From contig OZ024742.1 in NCBI GenBank assembly GCA_964016885.1, positions 364,374,001 through 364,438,000 on the forward strand: a DNA stretch of 64,000 nucleotides, written 5' to 3'. Both the position numbers and the translations under genes were made by a program. This document shows positions 40,950 through 55,000 of this stretch, piece after piece. The notes under the pieces are model-generated. The model saw only the letters and a program-made list of their open reading frames with translations. It made no database searches and had not been told where the DNA came from. Numbering within the stretch: position 1 is the first letter of the stretch; every line of letters starts with the position of its first letter. Origin of the DNA: Eledone cirrhosa. Lineage: Eukaryota.

Positions 40950-41132
40950 TAACAAAGGAATTGTGGTAAGGAACTATATGGACCATAACGCACCAGAGTA
41001 CTCAATATTTAGGGTAGTAGAGTGGGAAATAGGAAAAAGTATGACCCCGACGGCAGAGCTCAAGCCGTTTCCACGTCCAGAAATAGCCGTCGAAACGGCT
41101 TGAGCTCTGCCGTCGGGGTCATACTTTTTTCT
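40950..41132 (-). mobile_element. ~180 bp hairpin derivative of family B
   Basis: Same architecture as 3328-3518; turns near 'gtccagaaatag'. Confidence 0.85.
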
Positions 41133-41699
41133 ATATATATATATACACGGGTGTGTATGATTGTATATAGAAGATTATATTAATAAAATGAATTCCACCT
41201 TTGTCTGATTTACTCGTTTTATTTACAATCCTTTAAAATTATACTGATATTATAATGAAATAGTATGCAAGAATATTAAATGTTAAGTGTTAATTGAACA
41301 AGTACTTCATGCTTTCGCAATCTTCAGGTTCATATTCAGTGGTGACAGTCAAGTTTGCAGTTTTCAACTGTAATGAGATGGGTAAAATCTGTGCCTTATA
41401 TACAGTAAAAATGGGCTACAGAATGCTACGTTTTGCAAACTGTATTTCGACCAATCGGTATGTAGTTTCACTAGATTACTAAAGCTGATTGGTTTAGGCG
41501 TCACGGTTGGTTGAGCATGTCTAACGACTTCTATTTGACCCTATCCAAAGCATTTTTAGAAATGATGAAAATAGCATGTTCTAGGGTTTTTATAAAGAAT
41601 GTTCAATAGTCATCAACATCAACATCACTTTTATTATTATTATTGTTGTTGTTGTTGTTGGTGGTGGTAGTAGTCGTCATGGTCGTAGGCGTAGTCATG

Positions 41700-42502
41700 G
41701 TAGAAGTAATACCCCTAAGCCTTATTATTGTTCTTTAGCTTGGGTTGGAATTTATCAATAAAATTCTTTTCTTTAATTTTTCTCTTGATTTCACTTGGGC
41801 TGTGTTGTTCGTAGAATGGAAATACAACAAATATTTTCTGACTACATGTTGCTAGATTGTTACTGAGGGGTATCTGACTGATATTTGGGTCTCTGATTTG
41901 CTCTCCGTGGACCCGTGCACGTTCCGATAGTGCATTTCCAGTTTTACCGACATATAGTTCTTCACAATCCGGGTATTTAATGCACTAAATAAGATTTCTG
42001 CTTTTGAAGTTCATGTTTGCATTTGGGAATATTTTTCAGCTTTTGTGTTCATATACTGACCAGTATGTATGAACTGACATGAGCCATATCGACTATCATT
42101 GCATTTAGATACAGTGAATGATTGGTCTTTGTTGTTAAGGTCAAACTTTGCCTTTGTTAGTAATTGCTTCAAATTTTTCGGCTGTCTTTTACTAAGAGTC
42201 AAAGATCGGTCTGTGATTAAAGCTTTTAATTCATTACTTTGATCAATGATCGTTAGATTTGCTTTGGCAGTGTTGAAGATATTCTGGTGACATGAGCTGT
42301 GTGTCATTATAAATGGCATGACCAGTTCTTGGTTTCTTCTTCCTTGGGTTGTCCTAAGTTGTTGTATAGGTATTTTTATAGCACGCCGTATGCCATTTTC
42401 TATAAGTAAAGATGGGTATTTTTGTTTGAGCAAAAATTCTTTCAGTTCTGTTACTCGTTTGTTCCTGGTATTCGTATTTTCTAATTTTCTACAATGGTAC
42501 AA
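41700..42502 (-). pseudogene. PLE RT thumb, linker and GIY-YIG remnant
   Basis: ORF 42011-42502, then a frameshifted endonuclease (CEELYVGKTG..LSERARVH..QI). Confidence 0.75.
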
Positions 42503-42710
42503 ATTCTACTGGCTAGTCAGTATGAGATGTTGCGTTTTGTGACGCCTAAACCAATCAGCTTTAGTAAACTATTGAAACTACACACCGATTGGTCGAAATA
42601 AAGTTTGCAAAACTTAGCATTCTGTGGCCCCTTTTTACTGTATATAAGGCACAGATTTTATCCATCTCATTACAGTTGAAAATTGCAAACTTGACTGTCA
42701 CCACTGAATA

Positions 42711-42749
42711 TGAACCTGAAGATTGCGCAAGCATGAAAGTACGTGTTCA
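42711..42749 (+). ncRNA. Minimal hammerhead motif (family I)
   Basis: TGAAC-CTGAAGA-tTGC gcaa GCAt-GAAA GTAC..-GTTCA; mirror at 41295-41332. Each arm carries a different lesion. Confidence 0.65.
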
Positions 42750-43437
42750 ATTAATACTTAACATTTAATATTCTACCATACTATTTCATTATAATATCAT
42801 TATAATTTTAAAGGATTGTAAATAAAACGAGTAAATCAGACAAAGTTGGAATTCCTTTTATTAATATATATATATATATATATGTAAAGTTATATTTAAA
42901 ATTGTTGGGTTACAACTAGTAAATATTTATAACTGATATAAAAGCACTCGACAAATACTTGGAGTATATTTACAATATTAAATAAATGGAAAACTATATT
43001 TATAAAACCATATTTATTTCATTATATATATTTCGGGGATATCATATTAACAATATGCTATGCCTTCATCAGACAAAATACAATATAAACAGTTTTATAG
43101 ATAAATATATTCGACATACCGTAATAAACATCAACTTCATTTGAAGAGGTTCACTCTAGCAGTGAAAATACAGAGAGAAAGAAAGAGAGAGAGAAAAAAG
43201 GGAAATAAGAAAGAAAGAAAGACGAAACGAAGAAAAGGAAGAAAAAGAAGAAAAAGAAGAAATGCATGGGACAAAATAGAGAGATGGAAAAATAGATAAA
43301 GCGAAGAGCTTCATGTAAAGAGACCGAAAGAGATATATATATATATATAGAGAGAGGAAATAGAGATAGATACATATATAGATATAGAAAAATTAGGTAG
43401 TGGGAGGTCATTTTGAGTAAGTGTATCAATGATGCAT

Positions 43438-43472
<35 letters not shown>

Positions 43473-44536
43473 GCTCAAGTATTAATGTAAGGGAGATATA
43501 GAGAGATATAGAGAGATATAGAGAGAGAAAAATTTAAAAATAGCCAGACATATTCGAGGCGTAGAAAACCCTATGTTTTAATGTATTAGTATTTATAAAA
43601 CTTACACTATATTGTAAATATCAGTATTCCTGAATGAAACAAGTATTCACAATGCGTGAAAATTCATTATCTTATGTTTAGTTTTTTAAAAAATTCATAT
43701 GTCTATGTGAATCCAACTGATTCACTCCGCAAATTCAAAGTTACCGGAAAACATTCTCAATGTGGTATAAACATTTGAGCGTATTATTATTCTTGCGATT
43801 ACTCTACAAGATTATCTATCAAGCAGAAATAGAGAGCAGATTTCAATATACTAATCGAAAATATATATTATATTATAAGCAGAGATAACAATAATAATGA
43901 TAATAAGTAAAAATATATAAAAATATAAAAATATAGAATAGAAAACTAAAAAAGAATATTACGAAAGAATATTACATAATAAAAAAATATTGCATATTAA
44001 AAATACTATGTTTTAAAATTATTACGTATTAAAAACTTTACATATAAAAATATTAAAAATAAAAATAAAATAAAATAAAAAATAAAAAATAAAAATATAA
44101 AAATATTATAGAATACTACAATACTAAAAGAATAAAAATAATAATAAATAAAAATAAAAATAAAAATAAAAATAAAAATAAAAATAAAAATAAAAATAAA
44201 AATAAAAAATAAACCACAAAGAACAACCCTTCAAGGTTAATTGACAATATATTGCCAAGTTCACTACAAGACAAAGCCAAAAATTATCTATCAAATCACA
44301 TCTAGCAAGGAATATCGCAAAAAAAAAAAGTTTATCAAGTGTAAGGTTAATTCATAAAATTTGGAGCATCGGCTTTTAGGGTAGCTTAATTTTTCATGAG
44401 GAATGTTTAGATAAAAATAAAAATAAAAATAAAAATAAATACAATAAAATAAACAGTAAAAAGAGGGAATCAAAGATTTAGGAATCAAAAGATTTATCGG
44501 CTAGTTCTCATATAAATATAAATCAAACTAAATATA

Positions 44537-45793
44537 CTACATTTTAAATTTAAATTTATATTTAAACGTTGAGTTTAATCTATGTTTGCAACAACTGAAT
44601 AAATTTGTCCGTAGGTTAAGGGAATTTTTAGATTTTAGTATAAAGAATATCTCCTCTGCGCAGAGGTCACATGTCTCAGAGGATGAATTAAAAGGAATCC
44701 CTCTTGAGACTATATTCCAAGCCGTCGAATATCTAACGTTATCTAGCTTAAGTTGCCAGAGTACACCTGATAGTGCCGTTGAAGATTTTTTATTTGGATC
44801 TGTGAAAGAATTCTTGTGGTTATTATAGCGAAGTTTAAATTCCGTCGATGTGGAACCGACGTAGTTAAAAGAATTAGAGTCAGTATTAACATTACAATTG
44901 TATACTATATTTTTAACTAAGCAGTTGTTATTTAACGGACATTTAGATCTATCTCTACAGTTGCATTTGTTAACTTGTATATTATTTATGCTATTATCAG
45001 TAGTTTTTAAGTTCCTATTATTTATTCTATTAATATTTTGTGCTAAATTTTTGGTGGATGAATAGGTTAATTTAATTGTATGCCTATTGAAGATTGAGTG
45101 GTACCTATGTGTTCTAGGGAAGCGATTATCAAGAGCTTTGAAAAATAATTTAGCGATGTGGGTTTTAATGTTTAGTGAGAAAGGGGGGGCAAACCAAATT
45201 ATGTTCCTAGTTCTATTTCTTTTTTGTCCTTTGGAATTATTGTAATGCTTTCTATTATAGTTGTTAATGTTGTTGCCATAATTAAAAAAGTTGTTACTTT
45301 GTTTAGTTTGTTTATCATTATCTATGTACACAATCTTATCAGCATACCCTGCCCTAGCTAGTGCATCATTATAGTATTGGGCCTTTTCGTCAAAAATCTT
45401 TCTATTTGACGAGATCCTAGAGATACGCTTTTGGACTGAGTTTACTATAGTGTTTTTGACAGATCTGGGGTGGTTAGAGTTAAAGTTGACATAGTTTAAG
45501 TTTTCATTCAACTTGTGAAAAGGATAGTGGAGACATGTGTTGAGATTTAATGTTATATCTAGGAAATTGACTATTCTATGGTTGTTCTCAATTTCTATTT
45601 TAAGGTTAAAGTAATTAAAAAATTTTGTAATTTGTTTACATTTTCTATTTAGTTCAGGGTTATTATTATTAATGAGTAAAAGCATGTCATCCCTATATAA
45701 ACCTCCGGTAGTACCAGGTATTTTCCTATGTAGCGAATTGATTAAAAATAAGCCCACAAGGTCAGTTACTTGAGCTGAGTCGGAAGATCCCAT
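44537..45793 (-). CDS. PLE RT C-terminal half plus GIY-YIG endonuclease (open, 5'-truncated)
   Basis: 418 aa uninterrupted: GLYRDD, VNFLDITL, SNHP, IIWFAPPFS, CNCRDRSKCPL, IVYNC..NYVG, CDLCAEE, SCCKH. Confidence 0.9.
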   Translation of the reverse strand: MGSSDSAQVTDLVGLFLINSLHRKIPGTTGGLYRDDMLLLINNNNPELNRKCKQITKFFNYFNLKIEIENNHRIVNFLDITLNLNTCLHYPFHKLNENLNYVNFNSNHPRSVKNTIVNSVQKRISRISSNRKIFDEKAQYYNDALARAGYADKIVYIDNDKQTKQSNNFFNYGNNINNYNRKHYNNSKGQKRNRTRNIIWFAPPFSLNIKTHIAKLFFKALDNRFPRTHRYHSIFNRHTIKLTYSSTKNLAQNINRINNRNLKTTDNSINNIQVNKCNCRDRSKCPLNNNCLVKNIVYNCNVNTDSNSFNYVGSTSTEFKLRYNNHKNSFTDPNKKSSTALSGVLWQLKLDNVRYSTAWNIVSRGIPFNSSSETCDLCAEEIFFILKSKNSLNLRTNLFSCCKHRLNSTFKYKFKFKM

Positions 45794-46914
45794 AGTTATT
45801 TATTCAGTTGTTGCAAACATAGATTAAACTCAACGTTTAAATATAAATTTAAATTTAAAATGTAGTATATTTAGTTTGATTTATATTTATATGAGAACTA
45901 GCCGATAAATCTTTTGATTCCTAAATCTTTGATTCCCTCTTTTTACTGTTTATTTTATTGTATTTATTTTTATTTTTATTTTTATTTTTATCTAAACATT
46001 CCTCATGAAAAATTAAGCTACCCTAAAAGCCGATGCTCCAAATTTTATGAATTAACCTTACACTTGATAAACTTTTTTTTTTTTGCGATATTCCTTGCTA
46101 GATGTGATTTGATAGATAATTTTTGGCTTTGTCTTGTAGTGAACTTGGCAATATATTGTCAATTAACCTTGAAGGGTTGTTCTTTGTGGTTTATTTTTTA
46201 TTTTTATTTTTATTTTTATTTTTATTTTTATTTTTATTTTTATTTTTATTTTTATTCTTTTAGTATTGTAGTATTCTATAATATTTTTATATTTTTATTT
46301 TTTATTTTTTATTTTATTTTATTTTTATTTTTAATATTTTTATATGTAAAGTTTTTAATACGTAATAATTTTAAAACATAGTATTTTTAATATGCAATAT
46401 TTTTTTATTATGTAATATTCTTTCGTAATATTCTTTTTTAGTTTTCTATTCTATATTTTTATATTTTTATATATTTTTACTTATTATCATTATTATTGTT
46501 ATCTCTGCTTATAATATAATATATATTTTCGATTAGTATATTGAAATCTGCTCTCTATTTCTGCTTGATAGATAATCTTGTAGAGTAATCGCAAGAATAA
46601 TAATACGCTCAAATGTTTATACCACATTGAGAATGTTTTCCGGTAACTTTGAATTTGCGGAGTGAATCAGTTGGATTCACATAGACATATGAATTTTTTA
46701 AAAAACTAAACATAAGATAATGAATTTTCACGCATTGTGAATACTTGTTTCATTCAGGAATACTGATATTTACAATATAGTGTAAGTTTTATAAATACTA
46801 ATACATTAAAACATAGGGTTTTCTACGCCTCGAATATGTCTGGCTATTTTTAAATTTTTCTCTCTCTATATCTCTCTATATCTCTCTATATCTCCCTTAC
46901 ATTAATACTTGAGC

Positions 46915-46949
<35 letters not shown>

Positions 46950-47306
46950 ATGCATCATTGATACACTTACTCAAAATGACCTCCCACTACCTAATTTTTC
47001 TATATCTATATATGTATCTATCTCTATTTCCTCTCTCTATATATATATATATATCTCTTTCGGTCTCTTTACATGAAGCTCTTCGCTTTATCTATTTTTC
47101 CATCTCTCTATTTTGTCCCATGCATTTCTTCTTTTTCTTCTTTTTCTTCCTTTTCTTCGTTTCGTCTTTCTTTCTTTCTTATTTCCCTTTTTTCTCTCTC
47201 TCTTTCTTTCTCTCTGTATTTTCACTGCTAGAGTGAACCTCTTCAAATGAAGTTGATGTTTATTACGGTATGTCGAATATATTTATCTATAAAACTGTTT
47301 ATATTG

Positions 47307-47372
47307 TATTTTGTCTGATGAAGGCATAGCATATTGTTAATATGATATCCCCGAAATATATATAATGAAATA
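47307..47372 (+). ncRNA. Minimal type I hammerhead motif
   Basis: TATTTTGT-CTGATGA-...-GAAAT ATAT ATA-ATGAAATA; mirror at ~43015-43080 (-). Confidence 0.75.
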
Positions 47373-47410
47373 AATATGGTTTTATAAATATAGTTTTCCA
47401 TTTATTTAAT

Positions 47411-47460
<50 letters not shown>

Positions 47461-47463
<3 letters not shown>

Positions 47464-48360
47464 GTGGAGAAGTAAAATACAGGAGAACAGACCGTTAAAA
47501 CATATTTATTTAAAGTAGCACCTACGTACGTTTCGCCCGAATTGGCCTCTCAAGGGCATAATAACTAAAAAGCGTTCCTTACATGACCCGGAATGGGTTT
47601 TTAGAGATAAGTTCACGTCAGAGTTCATTCTTCGTAAAAAAAGATGTTTTGATTTTACCGTAGGTCAAGGGAGATAACTCTGACCGGTGTTAGGGCTGTC
47701 TTTCCCGGACACATTTCTATCCGATACAAGCATGTGGTTACTACCTTACCATTGCTGATACGCACAGGGTCAGGTATGCAACGTTTATTTCGAGACGTTT
47801 GTTTTCTGCGCCTGCCCGCCTGGGTCGATTCATGCCGAGTCTGGGATGCATGGTTAGTTTTCGGATGTTTTTAGCAGCCCGCCGGGGTGTTGAAGCTTGG
47901 TGCAGGGAGAGCCGGTTTACGGTTTCACTCCTCGCTCATATTCCATCTGAAGTAGGATATTTTTAAGCGGTGTGTACAGCTTATCGTCGTTTCAACTCTG
48001 CTATTAAGGAGCTCGTAGGGTGCCGTTATGATGTGGTAGAGCTCCATGAGGCAAAACTCGCACTTCCTCTTGAAGTTGTACGGTGCAGCCGTGCCGACAC
48101 TTTCCCAGTGCGTGGAGAAGCTGATGTTTAAGTCTTTTAATGCAGTTATGTAGTTCGCGAGCGAAGTGGAGTGTCTTAATTTCTTATTTGCGAAAGAATG
48201 GCGATGTGTTCGAAATCTAATTTTGAACGGGCCAGAGGTAGCCCCTATATAATGTTTAACGCTATTATGGCTAGTTACGGTGCACCTATATATAAACCTA
48301 TCAGTCAAGCAGTTTCCCCTAAGGGGGCAGCGTCCCCTGTCTCGGCAGTTGCAATATTTG
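47461..48360 (-). mobile_element. Family C-related PLE 3' fragment (GIY-YIG)
   Basis: ORF 47925-48371 is closely similar to 9647-10080; the 3' UTR is homologous to 9180-9650. Confidence 0.9.
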
Positions 48361-49472
48361 ATAGGAGGCAACCCCCGAATACTAATAGATCTCTGCTTCT
48401 AGTGCTGATGGGAGAGGGAAGGTGCAGTCAAGTTCCGACATAGAACATTCTTCCCAGCGAATGTCATTCCTTCATATATTGCTACACTTTAGCGGATACC
48501 TAAATATTCTAACCCATAGGCCGCCCATCAAACAGATCATTCTGCGGTGACAGTAATTAAAAGGGGAGCAGAGCTAGAAAACTAAAATAATATCATCTAC
48601 CAACAAATAAGTTTAGGAGAAGAAACAAACAACATTAGTAACATAATATTAATAATAATAGTAAGGAGACAACTATAGCAGTTAAAAGAAGGCAGTTATT
48701 GTAAAGATATTTCCTATGGGTCGGAGTAACAAGTAACAAAATTATATTCGTGTGTATATATGGGTTCATGTATTAGGGCTAAATTTGATGTGCTTCGTCT
48801 CCAGCTCACCCCGCAGTCCGTTGTATTAAGGTGAGGTCCAAAGTAACTGGGCTGTATTCGACCGAGTATATTCAGAAAATAATGGAGAGGAAAATTAATT
48901 AATTATCTCATCAATTACCAAGTTAGTCTGAACAGCGTTTCACTCAAAGGGCCACATGCTCCAGCCTGATGGACCCCACCGATGCCAGCATATCCACGAG
49001 GATATGCTCATGGGTAGTAAACTAAAACTTCTATGTTACCTGCTTGACGTTATAGCTTATGAGAGAGGGGATGGCACAACATTCTAGTCAGGAAAAATCT
49101 AAGTTCAGTTGATATTAATTCTTGGGTTGACTTAAATTAATGTAAGTGACATAAGAAAGAAAAATAACATTAAATTGTATTTGAATTTAACTAAAGCGCA
49201 GCAATTATTGAGTCTAGGGGTCCTTGAATATTATATAATTTATCATATATGGAATATTCTATGTGGTGTAGTACTCTATAATCCTTACAATATTTAGCTA
49301 CTAGGTGGGATACAGGGGAGTAAGAGTAAGTAATAAATATATGCCAAAATATAGAGAGAGATGCGTCAGATATCACAGGGATGTAATATAGTATGAGGGG
49401 TAAATATTAATGAAGATATAAGGGAGGATAAGAGGTAAGGAAAAATAAATGAAACGGATACTATTTAGGTAT

Positions 49473-49668
49473 AATTGTTTCTACTTTTAGCACAAGGCCA
49501 GCAATTACTGCAGTGCATTACTGGTTCTTTATTTTATCGACCCCGTAAGGATGAAAAAACAAGTTAAACTCGGTGGGATTTGAACTCAGAACGTCAATAG
49601 CCATAACTCAATGCTACAAATCATGGTGCCCGACGCTCCACCGATACTGTCCAACGACCGCCATGATC
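49473..49668 (-). mobile_element. tRNA-derived SINE remnant
   Basis: 'tttatcgaccccgtaaggatgaaa...gatttgaactcagaacgt' (B box on the minus strand); homologous to 63273-63460. Confidence 0.7.
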
Positions 49669-49827
49669 TTAGACGCCATTCGCTTATTGATGGGGGGGGG
49701 GGGGCTTGTCAAATCGAACCGAGGAAACAATGTTTCCATTGGTCTTTCCAATTTCTAATACTATCTGTCGGTCGCAACTCCAGGTAGAAATATAATATAT
49801 ATAAGTAAAGAAAAAAGTAGAAACGGG

Positions 49828-50230
49828 TTCACTTAGTTCATATAGAATCCACTTGCCAAGCTTGGGCACGGTATGAATGATAATGGATAATTGGTATGAA
49901 TGATAATGGATGGTTGATGAGGCTGAATTAACTTCTTCTGCTGACTCAATAACAGCTTTATGGGGATTTCTTTCAGGAGGGTATTTTAGTTTATTACTAT
50001 TAAAAGACTGGGTGCTGAGATCAGAGACCATGTTCCAAGTCAAAATCTCCTTGTCCCATTTATTGAACTATCGTTGGCACTTAGGAACATTCAAAAACAA
50101 CTTTATCATATCATTTTCTCACATTTTATACAGTATTCGTAGCACTACCGCCTTCTTTGAACATGCAAAGTTTGACGATTCTTATGTCTTCTATGACTTC
50201 CAATTTCATGAAGAAATATTAAAGCAGCCA
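49828..50230 (-). mobile_element. Highly decayed mariner transposase fragment
   Basis: KLGKWILYELSE resembles the mariner WVPHEL motif. Confidence 0.5.
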
Positions 50231-51412
50231 TTTAAAACATACGTATTGTAACTTTGATGTCATATACACTCACACATATACATTGTTCTGAAACAGAATC
50301 CAGTAAACAGAAGGTATGAACCGATGGAAGGAAGCTCATGTGTACTGCAAAAAGATTTGGCTACTATTTCTAACAAGCTGACCTGTTACATTCTGGCTCC
50401 TTGAATTACATATGGCAGTCACGTGTATGTTTGGTGCAAAGACTTGCAAAATTACTTGACGTTTATCATGTCTCTGGCCTGCCCTCAATCCTTGCCTTTC
50501 TCTCTTCATAAGTGGGTATCAAACAATCAATGTCTTTATTAAATGATAAACTGGGATCTCTATATAATTCGCAAAAATACTCCTTAATATTTTAACGAAC
50601 CTAGAATCGGAATTCTTCAAAGATATCTTTTAACTCGATACAATGTCTCGTGGACGAAACTTCCTAAACTGTATCGAAAGGATATTATCAAGATTAATGG
50701 GTGTAAATCTATAATTTAATAAGTATTGTATTCTTATTGAGCAGAATATAGTAATTAACTTAGACGATCATGAAATCATATCAATCAACAGCCAATATTA
50801 CATTGATCAATTAGAAGTTATAAAGACTGGACACGGCATATTCTGGTACCAATTAATAGTTAAATTAGTTGTTGAATATACCACAAGAAGCTAATTAATG
50901 TTCATACATTATAATTTATAACACTCACAATAATGTGTGGGAAGCAGGAGCAACGACAGACACCAAAAGAGGTTTAATTGATTCCTAGTGATAGGTTGTG
51001 TTTATTACAATAATAATATTCTCGTGTCTCAGAGGACGTGTAAATACTTATCACTAACAGCGTCTATGGTTCATATTAATCAACGACCATATTTCACACA
51101 CACTTCTCCCAGACAAATGACTCTTCAAGCTGAGAGTTACTAATTAATTAATTAACCAACATACACTGCAATTATTGAACTGAGAGAATATTTTCTGACT
51201 TTCCTAACTAAACCTGAGATCATTTTACTATGTAACCACGAGGGCCATTGTACACGGATTATTGACACGGTGGTTAGAAGTTTCGGATCACTGCATTCTA
51301 AATTCGAATTCCGCCGAAGGCCAGTGTTCTTTACATCTATACGAGGAGGATTAAATGATGTCGCGCGCTAGTAATGGTTCATGTCCTTTACTAAATCCTT
51401 TTATCACTTTCG

Positions 51413-51444
<32 letters not shown>

Positions 51445-51523
51445 TCGCGCTCTCTCTCTCTCTCTCTCTCTATCTATCTCGCTCTCTTTATATATATATA
51501 TATACATGTATACATGATATTAA

Positions 51524-51832
51524 TTAAATGGAAACTATATTTATAAAACCATATTTATTCTATTATATATATTTCAAGGGTACCAAAACTTTGGTACGAT
51601 CTTAACGGTTCAAATTTTTCCTGGATACAGGAAAAACTTGAACCGTTAAGATCGTACGAAAGTTTTGGTACCCTTGAAATATATATAATAGAATAAATGT
51701 GGTTTTATAAATAGTTTCCATTTATTTAATATCATTGAATATTACACTCCAGAAAACTTGTCGAGTGCTTCAAATCAGTTATAAACATATCTATTTGTTG
51801 AATTACCAACAAATTAAATATCCCTTTTACTT
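51524..51832 (+). mobile_element. Fold-back family H-related element
   Basis: Arms ~51524-51623 and ~51628-51730 plus ~100 nt extension homologous to 42885-43035 (-). Confidence 0.87.
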
Positions 51833-51854
51833 ATATATATATATATATATATAT

Positions 51855-52045
51855 AACGAAGGAAATGTGGTAAGGAACCAAGTGGACCATAACGCACCAA
51901 CGTACTCAATACTTAGGGTAGTAGAGTGGGTAATAGGAACAAGTAAGACCCCGACGGCTGAGCTCAAGCCGTTTCGACGGCTAATTCTGGACTCAGAATT
52001 AGCCGTCGAAACGGTTTGAGCTCAGCCGTTGGGGTCTTACTTGTT

Positions 52046-52048
<3 letters not shown>
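51855..52048 (-). mobile_element. ~195 bp hairpin derivative of family B
   Basis: Centre ttctggactcagaa (~51991); (TA)n on both sides. Confidence 0.88.
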
Positions 52049-52089
<41 letters not shown>

Positions 52090-52095
<6 letters not shown>

Positions 52096-55000
52096 AGTAT
52101 GTATACGCACATACATATATGTATACAGACATACAGTAGTATGTATATATATATATACATATATGCACACATATATATATGTACGTATGGATTTACCGAA
52201 CATTTATTATAACGCTCGGTGTGTTTGTAAACAAGCATCTCGAATTAAGCCGTACAGTGTCTAGCAACCATCGTTGCTCATTTGTTCAACACTGACAAAG
52301 AAACGCTGTAAGAGTTTCAAGCTTATTAGCTATAGTCAGCAACGTATACCTTCCTGCCATATGGTTGAACGTCTTAAAGTATATACTTTCCTTATGCATA
52401 TTAACGGCTGAGAAGCCTCATTTGCATATCGAGTGAGTTAATCGGCCGGGGTACCGAAAACGATGAACGGAAAAAATGAAACGAAATTTCATTTCTCACT
52501 CTTAGTACGGCTGTTACTTAAATATAAGTATGTATACGCACATACATATATGTATACAGACATACAGTAGTATGTATATATATATATACATACATGCACA
52601 CATATATATATGTTGAACGTGTGAAAGTATATACATTCCTTATGCATATTAACGGCTGAGCAGCCTAATTTGCATATCGAGTGAGTTAATCGGCCGGGGT
52701 ACCGAAAACGATAAACGGAAAAAATGAAACGAAATTTCATTTCTCACTCTTAGTACGGCTGTTACTTAAATGTAAGTGTATATACGCTCATGGTGGCTGC
52801 CAACTCGTTTTCGAGTACTGCCACTACTTTATATCCATGTAGTAGAACCCCTACCGATGCACTGAATGAGTGTGACTTTTTAGTCCGGCCAGCGACTTGA
52901 AAACTCTGGTACAAACACTACACTTGTGACAATTATTGACACATAGTGCTGGGCCCATGGTACCATGTGACGACAAGTGCAGAGAGATCTCCAGATATAA
53001 AGCAATGCCTGTGCAGTGAAGCTTTTATAGTGAGCAATGGCACTGCACAAAGCCAGTCCCACTCTCTTAAGCAAGATGATATTTACCAAAACGAAGAACA
53101 AGTCAACATCATTGGATACCATCAGGGTTGCAGGTGTTATATCAGAGTTTTCCTTCTGCTAGAATTCTGCCTTGACAAAGGTTAAGGGATCATCTCTCCC
53201 TGTGATTTTGGAAGGCCATTGACTCTTATACGGACATACATATATGTATACAGAGATACAGTAGTATGTATATATACATACATGCACACATATATGTATG
53301 TACGTATGGATTCATCGAGCATTTATTATAATGATCGCTGTGTTTGTAAACAAACATCCCGAATTAAGCCGTACAGTTTCTAGCAACCATCGTTGCTCAT
53401 TTGTTCAACACTGACAAAGGAACGTTGTACTAGTTTCAAGCTTATTAGCTATCGTCAGCAACGTATACCTTCCTGCCAGATGGTTGAACGTCTGAAAGTA
53501 TATACTTTCCTTATGCATATTAACGGCTGAGCAGCCTAATTTGCATATCGAGTGAGTTAATCGGCCGGGGTTCCGAAAACGATGAACGGAAAAAATGAAA
53601 CGAAATTTCATTTCTCACTCTTAGTACGGCTGTTACTTAAATATAAGTATGTATACGCACATACATATATGTATATAGACATACAGTAGTATGTATATAT
53701 ATATATACATACATGCACACATATATATATGTTGAACGTGTGAACGTATATACATTCCTTATGCATATTAACGGCTGAGCAGCCTAATTTGCATATCGAG
53801 TGAGTTAATCGGCCGGGGTACCGAAAACGATAAACGGAAAAAATGAAACGAAATTTCATTTCTCACTCTTAGTACGGCTGTTACTTAAATGTAAGTGTAT
53901 ATACGCTCATGGTGGCTGCCAACTCGTTTTCGAGTACTGCCACTACTTTATATCCATGTAGGAGAACCCCTACCGATGCACTGAATGAGTGTGACTTTTT
54001 AGTCCGGCCAGCGACTTGAAAACTCTGGTACAAACACTACACTTGTGACAATTATTGACACATAGTGCTGGGCCCATGGTACCATGTGACGACAAGTGCA
54101 GAGAGATCTCCAGATATAAAGCAATGCCTGTGCCGTGAAGCTTTTATAGTGAGCAATGGCACTGCACAGAGCCAGTCCCACTCTCTTAAGCAAGATGATA
54201 TTTACCAAAACGAAGAACAAGTCAACATCATTGGATACCATCAGGGTTGCAGGTGTTATATCAGAGTTTTCCTTCTGCTAGAATTCTGCCTTGACAAAGG
54301 TTAAGGGATCATCTCTCCCTGTGATTTTGGATGGCCATTGACTCTTATACGCACATACATATATGTATACAGAGATACAGTAGTATGTATATATACATAC
54401 ATGCACACATATATGTATGTACGTATGGATTCATCGAACATTTATTATAATGATCGCTGTGTTTGTAAACAAACATCCCGAATTAAGCCGTACAGTTTCT
54501 AGCAACCATTGTTGCTCATTTGTTCAACACTGACAAAGGAACGCTGTACTAGTTTCAAGCTTATTAGCTATCGTCAGCAACGTATACCTTCCTGCCAGAT
54601 GGTTGAACGTCTGAAAGTATATACTTTCCTTATGCATATTAACGGCTGAGCAGCCTAATTTGCATATCGAGTGAGTTAATCGGCCGGGGTTCCGAAAACG
54701 ATGAACGGAAAAAATGAAACGAAATTTCATTTCTCACTCTTAGTACGGCTGTTACTTAAATATAAGTATGTATACGCACATACATATATGTATACAGACA
54801 TACAGTAGTATGTATATATATATATACATACATGCACACATATATATATGTACGTATGGATTCATCGAACATTTATTATAATGCTCGCTGTGTTTGTAAA
54901 CAAACATCCAGAATTAAGCCGTACAGTGCCTAGCAACCATCGTTGCTCATTTGTTCAACACTGAGTTTCAAGCTTCGAACATTTATTATAATGCTCGCTG

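Larger units (their letters stand above)
41170..42866 (-). mobile_element. Truncated Neptune-like PLE (family I) with inverted pLTR
   Basis: ~41175-41505 is inverted at ~42537-42866; the ORF remnant has KRQPKNLKQLL, KCNDSRYGSCQFI and LYVGKTG. Confidence 0.82.
42885..47416 (-). mobile_element. Young 5'-truncated Naiad-like PLE (family H-related) with ~1.63 kb inverted arms
   Basis: 42971-44604 and 45798-47416 are near-identical inverted repeats flanking ORF 44537-45793; (TA)n on both sides. Confidence 0.93.

Noticed and set aside
50480-50900. Possible host exon in non-repetitive sequence
   Set aside because: Short open frames with no recognisable motif or clear donor site.
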